From Calditrichia bacterium (GTDB taxonomy: Bacteria; Calditrichota; Calditrichia; JAJRVZ01), in assembly GCA_963777955.1 (NCBI GenBank), contig CAVZSQ010000017.1, positions 96,001 through 160,000 on the forward strand: 64,000 nucleotides of DNA, written 5' to 3'. Of the stretch, positions 19,506 to 29,748 are shown piece by piece. The position numbers were made by a program, and so were the translations under genes. The notes beneath the pieces were generated by a model, which made no database searches, was not told the DNA's origin, and was given only the letters and a program-made list of their open reading frames with translations. Numbering within the stretch: the stretch's first letter is position 1; the number at the start of each line of letters is the position of its first letter.

Positions 19506-19699
19506 TTGGAACTTATTTATAGAAGGATAAAATTTCTCGGGGTTTTTTGAATTTGGCGAATTTATGTTTGAGTCCGGCGTAAGCCGGACGAGTTTAAATT
19601 CGCCTTGATTTTTTGCTTACTTTTTGATCAAGCAAAAAGTAAGCCGCCGGAGGCATTAAAACGAATTTAGATATATAAATATGAAAGCCAAATCCTAAC
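19499..19699 (+). repeat. ORF-less cassette carrying divergent hairpin element copy 5
   Basis: Different flanks; core 19555-19654 with compensatory substitutions. Confidence 0.85.
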
Positions 19700-19787
19700 A
19701 CCGGCCTAAACCGGACGCCGAACCGACTAGCATGAAATGTAAATTTTGTGGTAAGTGGTTCGCCGCCACTAAAATGTACCGTTAAAA
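19693..19787 (+). repeat. attC (chimeric arms)
   Basis: TCCTAAC...GTTAAAA. Confidence 0.75.
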
Positions 19788-19813
19788 GACTATTAAAGAT
19801 GGGAAAAAATTAC

Positions 19814-19848
19814 TTGCAATTACGTACATAATCACGTACGTTATATAT
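19814..19848 (+). promoter_or_regulatory. yefM-yoeB promoter/operator
   Basis: TTGCAA -35; two GTAC-centred hexamers (19823, 19835) 12 bp apart, as in yefM-yoeB-type operators. Confidence 0.6.
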
Positions 19849-19862
19849 AAATTGAGGTGCTA

Positions 19863-20105
19863 ATGAAAACTATAAGTGTAACAAATGCAAGATCTAAACT
19901 ATATAAATTATTGGACGAAACAAATACTTCCGGCGAACCAATTCAGATTACCGGAAAACGATCAAACGGGATATTGATTTCAGAGGCTGATTGGCGAGCC
20001 ATTAGCGAGACCTTATTTCTCTTATCTATACCTGGTATGCGTGAATCTATTCGGAAAGGATTGAAGGAACCTATTGAAAAATGTGCGCCGGAGATTAAAT
20101 GGTAA
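19863..20105 (+). CDS. yefM: Phd/YefM antitoxin
   Basis: 'ISVTNARSKLYKLLDE...PIQITGKR..ILISE.DW.AI.ETLFLLSIPGM'. Confidence 0.93.
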   Translation: MKTISVTNARSKLYKLLDETNTSGEPIQITGKRSNGILISEADWRAISETLFLLSIPGMRESIRKGLKEPIEKCAPEIKW

Positions 20106-20365
20106 AATGGAAGCTGGTTTATACGAAACAGGCTCAAAAAGATGCAAAAAAAATATCAGCGGTAAATCTTGAGGAAAAAGCTATTGAGGTTCTAAAAATC
20201 CTTGCCGAGAATCCATTTAAGTCCTCTCCAGCGTATGAAAAACTTGTTGGTGACTTGACGGGAGCATATTCCAGAAGAATCAATATTCAACATAGAGTTG
20301 TTTATCAAATATACGAGAAAGAACATATTGTAAAAATTATTCGGATGTGGACGCATTACGAATAA
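20099..20365 (+). CDS. yoeB: Txe/YoeB toxin
   Basis: 'EKLVGDLTGAYSRRINIQHRVVY...MWTHYE'. Confidence 0.95.
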   Translation: MVKWKLVYTKQAQKDAKKISAVNLEEKAIEVLKILAENPFKSSPAYEKLVGDLTGAYSRRINIQHRVVYQIYEKEHIVKIIRMWTHYE

Positions 20366-20379
20366 TAAAATATATTATT

Positions 20380-20570
20380 TTCTAACACCGGCCTCAAGCG
20401 GACCCCGACAGCACTGAAAAAATCGAGAAACTGTTTCCGCTCGTGCTAGTGGTGCAGTTCGCCGTCCCCAGAATTGCTGCCCAACAACAACATGCAGTGG
20501 ATGATGTTTCGCGCAAAAGAGGAAAGGATATATATTTCCCTGATGGCTATAATGATAGACCACGTTAGAG
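20380..20570 (+). repeat. Truncated attC plus terminal degenerate attC
   Basis: TTCTAAC-ACCGGCCTCAAGCGGA half site; GCCCAAC (20479)...GTTAGAG (20564). Confidence 0.55.
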
Positions 20571-20730
20571 CCTGGTAACTTAATTGTTCAAGATTATAAT
20601 CAGTTCAACAGCTTTGAGGATAAAGTCCATTGGGATTTTCTTGAAGAATATGAATTAATTAGTAAATTAACATATAAGTGGAAAATTTTAAATGTGAATT
20701 AAGGATTGATTTGTTTGGGGAGAATGTAAA

Positions 20731-22203
20731 ATGAAGATTAAATCCTGCTTCCGGATCTCATTTGAACGGCTGTTTAATAGACAAAGTTTGACCTTTTTCA
20801 TTTTGGGATTATTGCTTAATACACCACTTTTCTCACAAATGCCAACTGCTTCTGAAATTGCCGGCACAATGAAGATTGGATGGAATATTGGCAACTCCCT
20901 GGAAGTACCTTCCGGAGAAACCGGTTGGGGTAATCCAATGGTAGACCAGGAATTGATCGATGCCGTGAGCAATGCAGGATTCAATACCATTCGAATACCC
21001 TGTGCCTGGGACAGTCATGCTGACCAATCTACATTGGAAATTGATCCTGCCTGGCTTAGCCGTGTAAGCGAAGTGGTTGACTATTGCTATGCTAATGATA
21101 TGTATATCATTATCAACTGTCACTGGGATGGCGGCTGGCTGGAAAATAATGTTACAGTAGCCATGCAGGATACAGTAAATGCCAAACAGGAAGCCTATTG
21201 GACCCAAATCGCCGACTACTTTAAAGATTATGATGAGCATCTCCTTTTTGCCAGCGCTAACGAACCTAATGTTGAGAATGCCACTCAGATGACTGTTTTA
21301 TTATCCTATCACCAGACCTTTATAGATGCAGTTCGAGCCACGGGTGGCAATAATAGTTCCCGTGTTTTGGTTATCCAGGGTCCATCAACCGATATTGACA
21401 AAACCAATCAATTGATGTCATCCCTGCCTGCAGATCAAATAGAAGATCACCTGATCGTCGAAATACACTATTATACTCCCTGGAATTTTTGCGGCCTGAC
21501 CAGTGATGCCGATTGGGGTAAAATGTTTTACTTCTGGGGGCAGGGCTATCATTCTGCAACCAATCCTGACCGCAACGCTACCTGGGGAGAAGAAGCAGCG
21601 GCGGAATCTTATTTTCAGTTAATGAAAACCAAGTTCGTTGATCAGGGAATTCCGGTGATTCTAGGTGAATACTCTGCCGTCAAACGCACATCTCTTACAG
21701 GAACAGACCTGGATCTGCATCTGGCTTCAAGGGAGTATTATTATAAATATGTTACCGACGCGGCTATTCGTCATGGTTTGGTTCCAATTTATTGGGATAA
21801 TGGCTATAATGGAAACAATGGTGTGGCCTTATTTAATCGTATCAATGGCGCAATCGTCGACCAGGGTGCATTGGATGCCCTGATAGAAGGTGCCGAAACA
21901 GGTACTTCGGTAGAAGAACAGCAAGCACCTAAAAAAAAAGCGGTTGATCAATTCATAACTGCGTTGCCAAATCCGGTTTCAGCTTCAACAGAGATTCAAT
22001 TGACTCTGGAAAAAGCTGCACATGTGAATATTTCCGTCGTTAACATTCTCGGACAAGAAGTTGCTTATTTTAATAACTTAAATTTCAGCCGGGGCGTAAA
22101 CAGTGTGACCTGGAATGCTTTTAACTTGCCGACAGGTGCTTACTTTATCAGAGTGAATAATGGTGCACATCAGTTGACCAGGAAAGTTCTAGTAGTACAT
22201 TAA
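20731..22203 (+). CDS. Glycoside hydrolase family 5 (endoglucanase-like) with C-terminal secretion/FlgD-like domain
   Basis: 'GWNIGNSLE', 'GFNTIRIP', 'ANEP', 'HYY', 'PVILGEY', 'WDNG'. Confidence 0.92.
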   Translation: MKIKSCFRISFERLFNRQSLTFFILGLLLNTPLFSQMPTASEIAGTMKIGWNIGNSLEVPSGETGWGNPMVDQELIDAVSNAGFNTIRIPCAWDSHADQSTLEIDPAWLSRVSEVVDYCYANDMYIIINCHWDGGWLENNVTVAMQDTVNAKQEAYWTQIADYFKDYDEHLLFASANEPNVENATQMTVLLSYHQTFIDAVRATGGNNSSRVLVIQGPSTDIDKTNQLMSSLPADQIEDHLIVEIHYYTPWNFCGLTSDADWGKMFYFWGQGYHSATNPDRNATWGEEAAAESYFQLMKTKFVDQGIPVILGEYSAVKRTSLTGTDLDLHLASREYYYKYVTDAAIRHGLVPIYWDNGYNGNNGVALFNRINGAIVDQGALDALIEGAETGTSVEEQQAPKKKAVDQFITALPNPVSASTEIQLTLEKAAHVNISVVNILGQEVAYFNNLNFSRGVNSVTWNAFNLPTGAYFIRVNNGAHQLTRKVLVVH

Positions 22204-22573
22204 ATAAAGCGGTGTTAATTGCGCCGCTCTTATTTTCTATCTATTTAAAAAAACTCCAGATGCTGTAATGAATCAGGAGTATTACAAACATGATATTGAC
22301 CTTCCCCTATTCATTGGACAACTTGATCTGAGAGTATTTCCTGTTGGTTAGACTGCTGTGGTAAAATTTTCAAGGTGAACTATTTCCGAATTTGTGGACA
22401 TACCAAACAAACAGACCATTGCCTCTTCGTCTAAATTCAATTATCTGTCTTGTAAATTTAAAAATATGTACTATATTTAATGTATAGTATGCGCTGTTGA
22501 CAGTTTATTCTCTGGTCATCCGGCAACTGCGATTATCAGGCAAAACAATTAATCATTCGGGGAGGATTTTCAA

Positions 22574-25500
22574 ATGAAACACAGTCACTTTAAAACCTTA
22601 ATATTCATGGTTTTGTGCTTTTATATCCATTCCGGCGCACAGGAAGATCCTTTGTCCGGGAATTACAATCTGCGCAATTCCAGGGAAATCATTTTTTCGG
22701 GAAGCAGCGCTAATCATTTTACTCAACAGGTTTTTGATTACTTAAATTTCCCCGCCAGAGGCGATTCATTGGTCGGCGGACCTTTCGATATTCTGTCCGG
22801 CGACAGTCTTCAGGTTTACCAGTATAACCAGGACTGGTATGACATGGACGCGGGGAATTTTTTTGGCGACGGCAGCGAGGAAACCGTTACCGCCTGGAAA
22901 AATCTCGACAATGGCATCTCCTTGCTGGTTTCCAGCATCGATCCTTTCAGCCGGCAGTGGCATTCGCAATTTTATGCTGAACTCGACAGCGGATTGTGGG
23001 ATATTGAATGGCCTTATAGTGAGTTTGGCTGTATCCGGGTCGTCAGCGGAGATTTTGACCTGGACGCCCAGAAGGAATTTGTACTGGCCTACTGGGGTGC
23101 TTCCGTATCCACCTTGAAAATGATTTTATATGATGGAGACAACACCGCTAATTTTCAGATCAAGGCTGTGAGTAATGAGCAGATCATGTATAACCAATTT
23201 ACTCTGGTAGAGGCATATACCTTTCCGTGGTTTGATTTGAATGCTGCGGATTTAAACCGCGATGGCCGGGACGAAATTACCCTGACCGGCGTGGAACCGG
23301 CAAATCCGGGCTGGCAGGTTTTCTTCCAGATATATGGATATGATAAAAATTTGCCGGATTTTGTTGAATACGGCAGAAAAACCATATATCAAAGCAGCAC
23401 GGATTCTGATTTCGACAATCCCTATCCTATCCGTATAGCGCTCAGTTCAGGCCACTTTACCGACCGTAAATTCATGGATTGCGCCGTAGGTGTCTGGGCT
23501 ACGGATTCTCTAAATATTTTCGAGTATGATGTGGATCAAAATTTGATTCTGATCAGGATTGATTCAAGTCTTACGGAAATAACCCAACAGCGAAATTTTA
23601 CCAAATATCTTGAGGAACCGGAAAGTTCAAAATTCGGCCTGGCCGCCGGTGATCTGAGCGGCACTGGATATGATTATCTTTTTCTGCAACAGCACCAGCA
23701 TCTGATAATTTACCGGGTCCAGCAAGATCTGACCCTTGAACACTTATTCGATCACCATGAGCAGTACCACTATTATGGTCTGGCCACGTCATCACGGCAC
23801 AACCTGGTTATAGCCGATATCGATACCGGTTTTACCGGCTTTAACGGCTTACCGGAAATCATCGTTTATGAAGGAATATATTTTAACTACTATCCATACT
23901 GGAAAGACAGGTTATCCGTGTTTGAAGCCGAACTGGACAGCAACGGCGCCGTGCTGGCACTTAATCTGAAAGCGATGAGGGATAATTTTGAAGATGCTGG
24001 ATTTTATCCTGACATCATGATTGCAGCGAATCTGGATATGGATGATATTCACCTCGGTACGCCGAAAAGATTCCAAAAAACCGATATCGTACAGCCGATC
24101 GTTGTACTAAATGCGCCGCCCATCCATTATGACATTCTTGACGGCACACCTTTTGATCTCTGTTCCGCCTATAATGAAAATGAATGCCAGTTCTTTTCAA
24201 AGTATCAAAAAATATCTGAAAGACTCGATCGAGGTATCGACGGAAGTTGTTAAATCGTGGACAACTTCCAACACGCTGAGCGGCAGTTTCAGCGCTTATA
24301 ATATTTCCATCGGTGCCAGTCTTTCGGAAAAATATGGAAAAAACTTTTCCAAGCGCGAAGGTTCGGCACATTCGGTGACCATTGAGGTCGCTGCAGACGC
24401 CATAGTGGACGACCGGATTTATGCAACGATTGTCGATTACAACCTGTGGGAGTATCCCGCCTTCGCCGGTAATACGCCAATCGGCCATATACTGGTGATC
24501 GAACCGGTCGCGGTCAGGAATCAATGGTTTCCCAGTAAAAGTTCGGTGGCCACGACCTATGTGCCCAATCATGAAGTCGGCAATATTTTTTCCTACAAAG
24601 AATATCCCGAGTTATTTAATAATGAAGAAGTTGCCAGCCTGATCAAGGGTTCTTACAGCCAGAGTTTTACCCTTGATGAGAACTCCGGTTATGACTGGGC
24701 ACTCACTTTCAATGATTTTTCAACTTCCGGGGCTGCCACTTCCAATACGGTCACACGTGAAGTAGGCGGTTCCGTCGGAATATTCGGCCTCTCAGCCGGT
24801 GTAACCGACACCTATGAAAGAAGCAGTACCGAGACCCACAATATTTCGGTAACCCAGAATCTTTCTTTGCAGGTGCATCTCGATCAGATTAACCAGACTA
24901 TAGGCGAAATTTATTATACCGTGACTCCGTATGCCTACTGGGCGACAAACGGCGCGCTGGTTATCGACTATGCCGTAAAGCCGGAACTTGCCGAGCCGGG
25001 ATATCCCCTGACCTGGTGGCAGGAAAAATACGACAACGAACCTGATCCAGCTTTTATTTTGCCCTGGCGTTATGATGAGGAAAAAGGCCTGGCCCCGCCG
25101 GCTGAAAAAAAATATCAGACCAAGGAAATTTTATTCACACCTGCTGAACCGACTCCCGGAGAGGTGGTCACGATCAGCGCCCGTATCCAAAACTATAGTT
25201 TACTGGCCACATCCGGTCCTGTCAAAGTGCGGTTCTATATTGGTAATCCCGACAGCGGCGGGACAGCCATCATCGGCGTCGGCGCTGAAACTGAGGTTTA
25301 TACGGAAAATATTATTCAGCCGCGTTCAGCCGCCTATGTTTATCTGGATTGGGAAATACCGGTTGAGCTGGAACAGTTTCCGCGGATTTACGCAGTAATA
25401 GATCCCGATCACGAGATGACTGAAATTCATGAAGGTAATAACATGGGATTCTCGGTTTTAGGCAAATACACCATTCCCACAAATATCAGTCAAAATGAAA

Positions 25501-25775
25501 AAACAGTACCTGCTCATTTCAATCTAAAACAGAATTATCCGAATCCTTTCAATCCGTTAACTCATTTTGAATACCAGTTGCCGAAAAAGTGTCAGGTCAA
25601 TTTAAGCGTATACAATATTCTGGGCCAAAAGGTAGCTGAACTGGTATCGAGGGATCAGGCCGCCGGCCTGTACAACATGACTTGGGATGCGTCGCAAATG
25701 GCATCAGGAGTTTACTTTTACAGGTTAAGCGCTGACGAATTTGTCTCTGTAAAAAAGATGTTATACCTGAAATAG
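22574..25775 (+). CDS. Large secreted protein: FG-GAP/VCBS-like repeats, Ser/Thr-rich domain, CARDB-like domain, C-terminal sorting domain (frameshift near 24230)
   Basis: 'ADLNRDGRDEI', 'GDFDLDAQKE', 'YAVIDPDHEMTEIHEGNN', 'QNYPNPFNP...ASGVYFYRL'. Confidence 0.8.
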
Positions 25776-25805
25776 CGTAACGGGAAAACTGATAAACAGA
25801 CACCG

Positions 25806-27338
25806 TTAAACGTCAAACTTTATTCCCTGAGCCAGGGGCAGTTCCTTACCATAATTGATCGTATTGGTTTGCCTGCGCATATAAGTTTTCCAGGCATCCG
25901 AACCCGATTCACGCCCGCCGCCGGTGTCTTTCTCCCCGCCAAAGGCCCCGCCTATTTCCGCTCCGGATGTCCCGATATTTACATTGGCAATGCCGCAATC
26001 CGAACCACGGACCGACAGAAACGTCTCTGCTTCCTGCAGGTTGTTGGTGAATATCGCCGAAGATAATCCCTGCTGCACTCCGTTATGAATTTCAATGGCC
26101 TTTTCTATTCCCCCGGTATACTTGATCAAATACAGAATAGGCGCGAAGGTCTCTTCCTGCACTATGGCATAATGATTTTCGGCCTCAACTATCGCCGGGC
26201 GGACATAACATCCTGATTCATACCCTTTCCCGCTGAGAACCTCGCCGCCATAGATGACTTTACCCCCTGCGCTCTTGACCTGTTTAAGAGCATTTTGCAT
26301 AGTCTGCACCGTTTCCTGGTCAATCAGTGGTCCCATATGATTGCCGGCATCCAGCGGATTGCCGATCTTCAAACTCTGATATGCTTTCAACAAGGATTCT
26401 TTAACTTTGCCATAGATCGATTCATGAATAATAAGCCGGCGGGTGGTGGTGCAGCGCTGTCCCGCTGTACCCACGGCACCGAACACCACCGAGGTCATGG
26501 CTAATTTAAGATCAGCCTCCGGGGTCAGAATTATCGCATTATTGCCCCCCAGTTCCATAATATATCTGCCCAGACGTTTGGAAATGACCTCTGCCGCATG
26601 TCTGCCAACTTCCGTAGAACCGGTCAGGGAAATGAGCGGAATCCGTTTATCGTTCAACATCTGCTCGCCGATAATCCGGCCTGAACCGATGACCAGGTTA
26701 AAAATCCCTTCGGGCAGATTATTTTCCTTAAGTACTTCCCCGATAATATTCTGGCAGGCAATGGCCGTCAATGGTACTTTCGAGGCAGGTTTCCATAAAT
26801 TTACATCACCGCACACCGCTGCAATCATGGCATTCCAGGACCAGACCGCTACCGGAAAATTGAAAGCGGAAATAGTCGCCACAATCCCCAGGGGATGATA
26901 CTGGTCATACATACGGTGATTCGGCCGTTCGGACTGCATGGTAAAACCGTAGAGTTGACGTGATTGTCCCACGGCAAAATCACAGATATCGATCATCTCC
27001 TGCACCTCACCCCAACCCTCCTGTAAAGATTTGCCCATTTCAAAAGACACCAGCGTGCCCAATGGTTTCTTATAGGCCCGTAATCGCAGACCTATTTGCC
27101 TGACTATTTCCCCCCTTTTTGGTGCCGGCATTGAACGCCAGTCCAGGAATGCCGCCGAGGCGGTACTGATTACCTTTTCATAATCTGCTTTAGACGCCTG
27201 GTAAACAGAAGCAATATACTCACCCGTGGCCGGGGAGTGAATCTTTAACTCCCCCTGGTCCCTGGTTCCCAGCCATTGCCGGCCGGTGGCCACACCATTA
27301 TTTTTATCTTTAATGCCCAGTTCTTTCAAGAATTCCAT
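25806..27338 (-). CDS. Aldehyde dehydrogenase family 7 (alpha-aminoadipic semialdehyde dehydrogenase-like)
   Basis: 'AFNFP', 'ELGGNNA', 'GTAGQRCT', 'ETFAP', 'GAEIGGAFGGEK'. Confidence 0.92.
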   Translation of the reverse strand: MEFLKELGIKDKNNGVATGRQWLGTRDQGELKIHSPATGEYIASVYQASKADYEKVISTASAAFLDWRSMPAPKRGEIVRQIGLRLRAYKKPLGTLVSFEMGKSLQEGWGEVQEMIDICDFAVGQSRQLYGFTMQSERPNHRMYDQYHPLGIVATISAFNFPVAVWSWNAMIAAVCGDVNLWKPASKVPLTAIACQNIIGEVLKENNLPEGIFNLVIGSGRIIGEQMLNDKRIPLISLTGSTEVGRHAAEVISKRLGRYIMELGGNNAIILTPEADLKLAMTSVVFGAVGTAGQRCTTTRRLIIHESIYGKVKESLLKAYQSLKIGNPLDAGNHMGPLIDQETVQTMQNALKQVKSAGGKVIYGGEVLSGKGYESGCYVRPAIVEAENHYAIVQEETFAPILYLIKYTGGIEKAIEIHNGVQQGLSSAIFTNNLQEAETFLSVRGSDCGIANVNIGTSGAEIGGAFGGEKDTGGGRESGSDAWKTYMRRQTNTINYGKELPLAQGIKFDV

Positions 27339-27500
27339 ATTTTTCCTTTCAAAAAATATTATTTTAAAAATCGATTAAATTTATCAAAAGTCCGGGAGAA
27401 ATAAAATCATCACCGCAAAAAATTTATCTATTTCCTATTGAAATAAATGTTTTTATCATCGTGCAATCTTTGTTATATTTTTATAAAAAAGGGGACTTAA

Positions 27501-28322
27501 ATGGACTTCCTCAAGATCGATCCGCAATCGGTTACTCAGATTCTGGAACAGTTCCTGGCTGCAGAAGTTCATAAATGCGGTTTTGATAAAGTCGTGCTGG
27601 GTTTATCAGGCGGACTTGATTCAACCGTCGTGGCATATTTATGTGCCCGCGCCTTTCCGGCCGGCCGGGTCCACGCTCTGATCATGCCTTATAAGACCAG
27701 TAATCAACAGAATATACAGCATGCCGAACTGGTCGCCCGCACCCTGAAGATCAACTGGCATTCTTTTGATATTTCAGCCATGATCGATGCCTTCTTTGCT
27801 AACGATTCCGGTGCTGAGGCAAACCGGCGCGGCAACCGTATGGCCCGGGAACGCATGTGTTTTCTTTATGACTATTCCTATAAACATCAGGCCCTGGTCA
27901 TCGGTACCAGCAATAAAACCGAATTATTGTTAGGTTACGGTACAATTTTTGGTGACCTGGCCAGCGCCATCAATCCCATCGGTGATTTATATAAAACTCA
28001 AATCCGGCAACTGGCGGAATATCTGCAGGTTCCCAGGGAAATTATCGATAAACCCCCTTCGGCAGATTTATGGAAGGGCCAGACCGATGAAGGGGAAATA
28101 GGTTATAGTTATGCTGAAATCGATCGATTATTATATTTTTTAGTCGATAAACGGTATTCCAGAGAAATGTTACAGGATTTAAAAATACCCGTCAAAATGA
28201 TCAAGGATATCCAAAGCCGCATACAAAAATCACAATTTAAACGCAGGCCGCCGATTATCGCCAAACTATCCAACCGTACTATCAACCAGGATTTTCGTTA
28301 CTGCCGGGATTGGGGAGTTTAA
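27501..28322 (+). CDS. nadE: NH3-dependent NAD+ synthetase
   Basis: 'GLSGGLDS', 'GTSNKTE', 'PIGDLYKT', 'KPPSADL'. Confidence 0.95.
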   Translation: MDFLKIDPQSVTQILEQFLAAEVHKCGFDKVVLGLSGGLDSTVVAYLCARAFPAGRVHALIMPYKTSNQQNIQHAELVARTLKINWHSFDISAMIDAFFANDSGAEANRRGNRMARERMCFLYDYSYKHQALVIGTSNKTELLLGYGTIFGDLASAINPIGDLYKTQIRQLAEYLQVPREIIDKPPSADLWKGQTDEGEIGYSYAEIDRLLYFLVDKRYSREMLQDLKIPVKMIKDIQSRIQKSQFKRRPPIIAKLSNRTINQDFRYCRDWGV

Positions 28323-28325
28323 AGT

Positions 28326-29027
28326 TTGGAAGAAATTATACCCGGCACCTTATACCTGGTCAGTACCCCGATCGGGAACCTGGGGGATATCACCTATCGT
28401 GCGGTTTTTATCCTGAATAATGTGACTGTGATTGCTGCCGAAGATACCCGTACGACTTCAATTTTACTGGCCAGGTACAATATCACCAAGAAAATGATCC
28501 CTTATTACAGTTATAATCAGAAATTTCAGACTCCGAAAATTATCGAGTTGCTGAAAAGCGGCAACTCGGTTGCCCTGGTTTCCGATGCCGGCACACCCGG
28601 AATATTGGATCCGGCTTACGATCTGGTCGTATCTTGCATCGAGCAGCAGATAAAGATTGTTCCCATTCCGGGCCCCTCGGCATTTTTGACCGCCCTGATC
28701 GCTTCCGGTCTGCCCTCCAACCGGTTTGTGTTCGAAGGATTTCTGCCCATCAAAAAAGGTAGACAAACAAAAATTCAAAAACTTGCCGGCGAAGAACGGA
28801 CTATTGTTCTTTACGAATCACCTCATCGCCTGTCGAAGACCTGCGCAGAGTTGCTGAACCAATGGGGAGATCGCCCCTGTGTGATGGCCAGAGAATTAAC
28901 AAAAAAATTCGAAGAATTTTTCCGGGGGAATTTATCAGGCCTGGTCGCCTTCCTCAAATCAAAAACAGTTAAAGGGGAAATCGTTTTAATAATTGCTGGT
29001 TGTAAATCAAATAAACATATAGATTAG
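28326..29027 (+). CDS. rsmI: 16S rRNA C1402 2'-O-methyltransferase
   Basis: 'TPIGNLGDIT', 'AEDTR', 'VSDAGTP', 'YESPHR', 'RELTK'. Confidence 0.95.
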   Translation: MEEIIPGTLYLVSTPIGNLGDITYRAVFILNNVTVIAAEDTRTTSILLARYNITKKMIPYYSYNQKFQTPKIIELLKSGNSVALVSDAGTPGILDPAYDLVVSCIEQQIKIVPIPGPSAFLTALIASGLPSNRFVFEGFLPIKKGRQTKIQKLAGEERTIVLYESPHRLSKTCAELLNQWGDRPCVMARELTKKFEEFFRGNLSGLVAFLKSKTVKGEIVLIIAGCKSNKHID

Positions 29028-29095
29028 TTGTTTGCACATTGATTAAATTTTGAGTCTGAATAAAAAGATGTATAAACCGGGCAGGATTGTTGTTC

Positions 29096-29734
29096 ATGTC
29101 AGATACCACCAGATTCATCTCCTTCGAAGGGATTGATTTTTCAGGGAAGTCGACCCAGATCCAGTTATTAAGAAATAAACTGGAACAGATCGGCAAAAAA
29201 GTAACCGTACTGCGGGAACCCGGAGGAACTCTGATCTCTGAACGGATCAGGGATATCCTGCTCGATGCAAGAAATAAAAATCTTACCGATATCTGCGAAC
29301 TGCTGTTGTACAGTGCCGCCCGGAATCAGCTGGTCACAGAAGTAATACAGCGGGAGCTGACTGCCGGCAATTTTATACTGGCCGACCGCTATGTAGATTC
29401 GACCACCGCTTACCAGGGGTATGGCCGGCAATTGCCCCTTGATTTTATCCGTACCCTGAATGCACTGGTCACCGGTGGTACGATGCCCCGGATTACATTC
29501 CTGCTCGATCTGGATCTAAAACAACAATCCTATCGTAAAAAAATCAGGGGGCAAAGCAGCGACCGCCTGGAAAAGGAGAACCTCGATTTTTACAACCGGA
29601 TCCGTACCGGCTACCGGAAAATAGCCTCAACTCAGAAACGCCGGATCAAGATCATCGATGCCAACCGCAGCATCGAAAAAATAGAAATTGAAATTTGGGA
29701 ATATGTATTGAAAAAATTGCAGTTAAAATTATAA
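29096..29734 (+). CDS. tmk: Thymidylate kinase
   Basis: 'FEGIDFSGKSTQ', 'REPGG', 'DRYVDSTTAYQG'. Confidence 0.95.
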   Translation: MSDTTRFISFEGIDFSGKSTQIQLLRNKLEQIGKKVTVLREPGGTLISERIRDILLDARNKNLTDICELLLYSAARNQLVTEVIQRELTAGNFILADRYVDSTTAYQGYGRQLPLDFIRTLNALVTGGTMPRITFLLDLDLKQQSYRKKIRGQSSDRLEKENLDFYNRIRTGYRKIASTQKRRIKIIDANRSIEKIEIEIWEYVLKKLQLKL

Positions 29735-29748
29735 AAAGAGAGATATAA

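Larger units (their letters stand above)
9170..20570 (+). mobile_element. Integron-type gene cassette array lacking an integrase in the window (CALIN-like), about 19 attC-like sites
   Basis: Short co-oriented AT-rich ORFs, each followed by RYYYAAC...GTTRRRY-type imperfect palindromes. Cassette ends are complementary (e.g. GTTAGGCAAACC 9187 / GGTTTGCCTAAC 9903; GTTAGACG 13908 / CGTCTAAC 14499). Two TA cassettes. Confidence 0.93.

Noticed and set aside
9900..20570. Repeats as a CRISPR array or IS ends
   Set aside because: Spacing is gene-sized and irregular, the structure matches attC, and there is no transposase.
20564..22240. GH5 gene as a final cassette
   Set aside because: No attC after the stop, only a terminator-like hairpin; composition is host-like.
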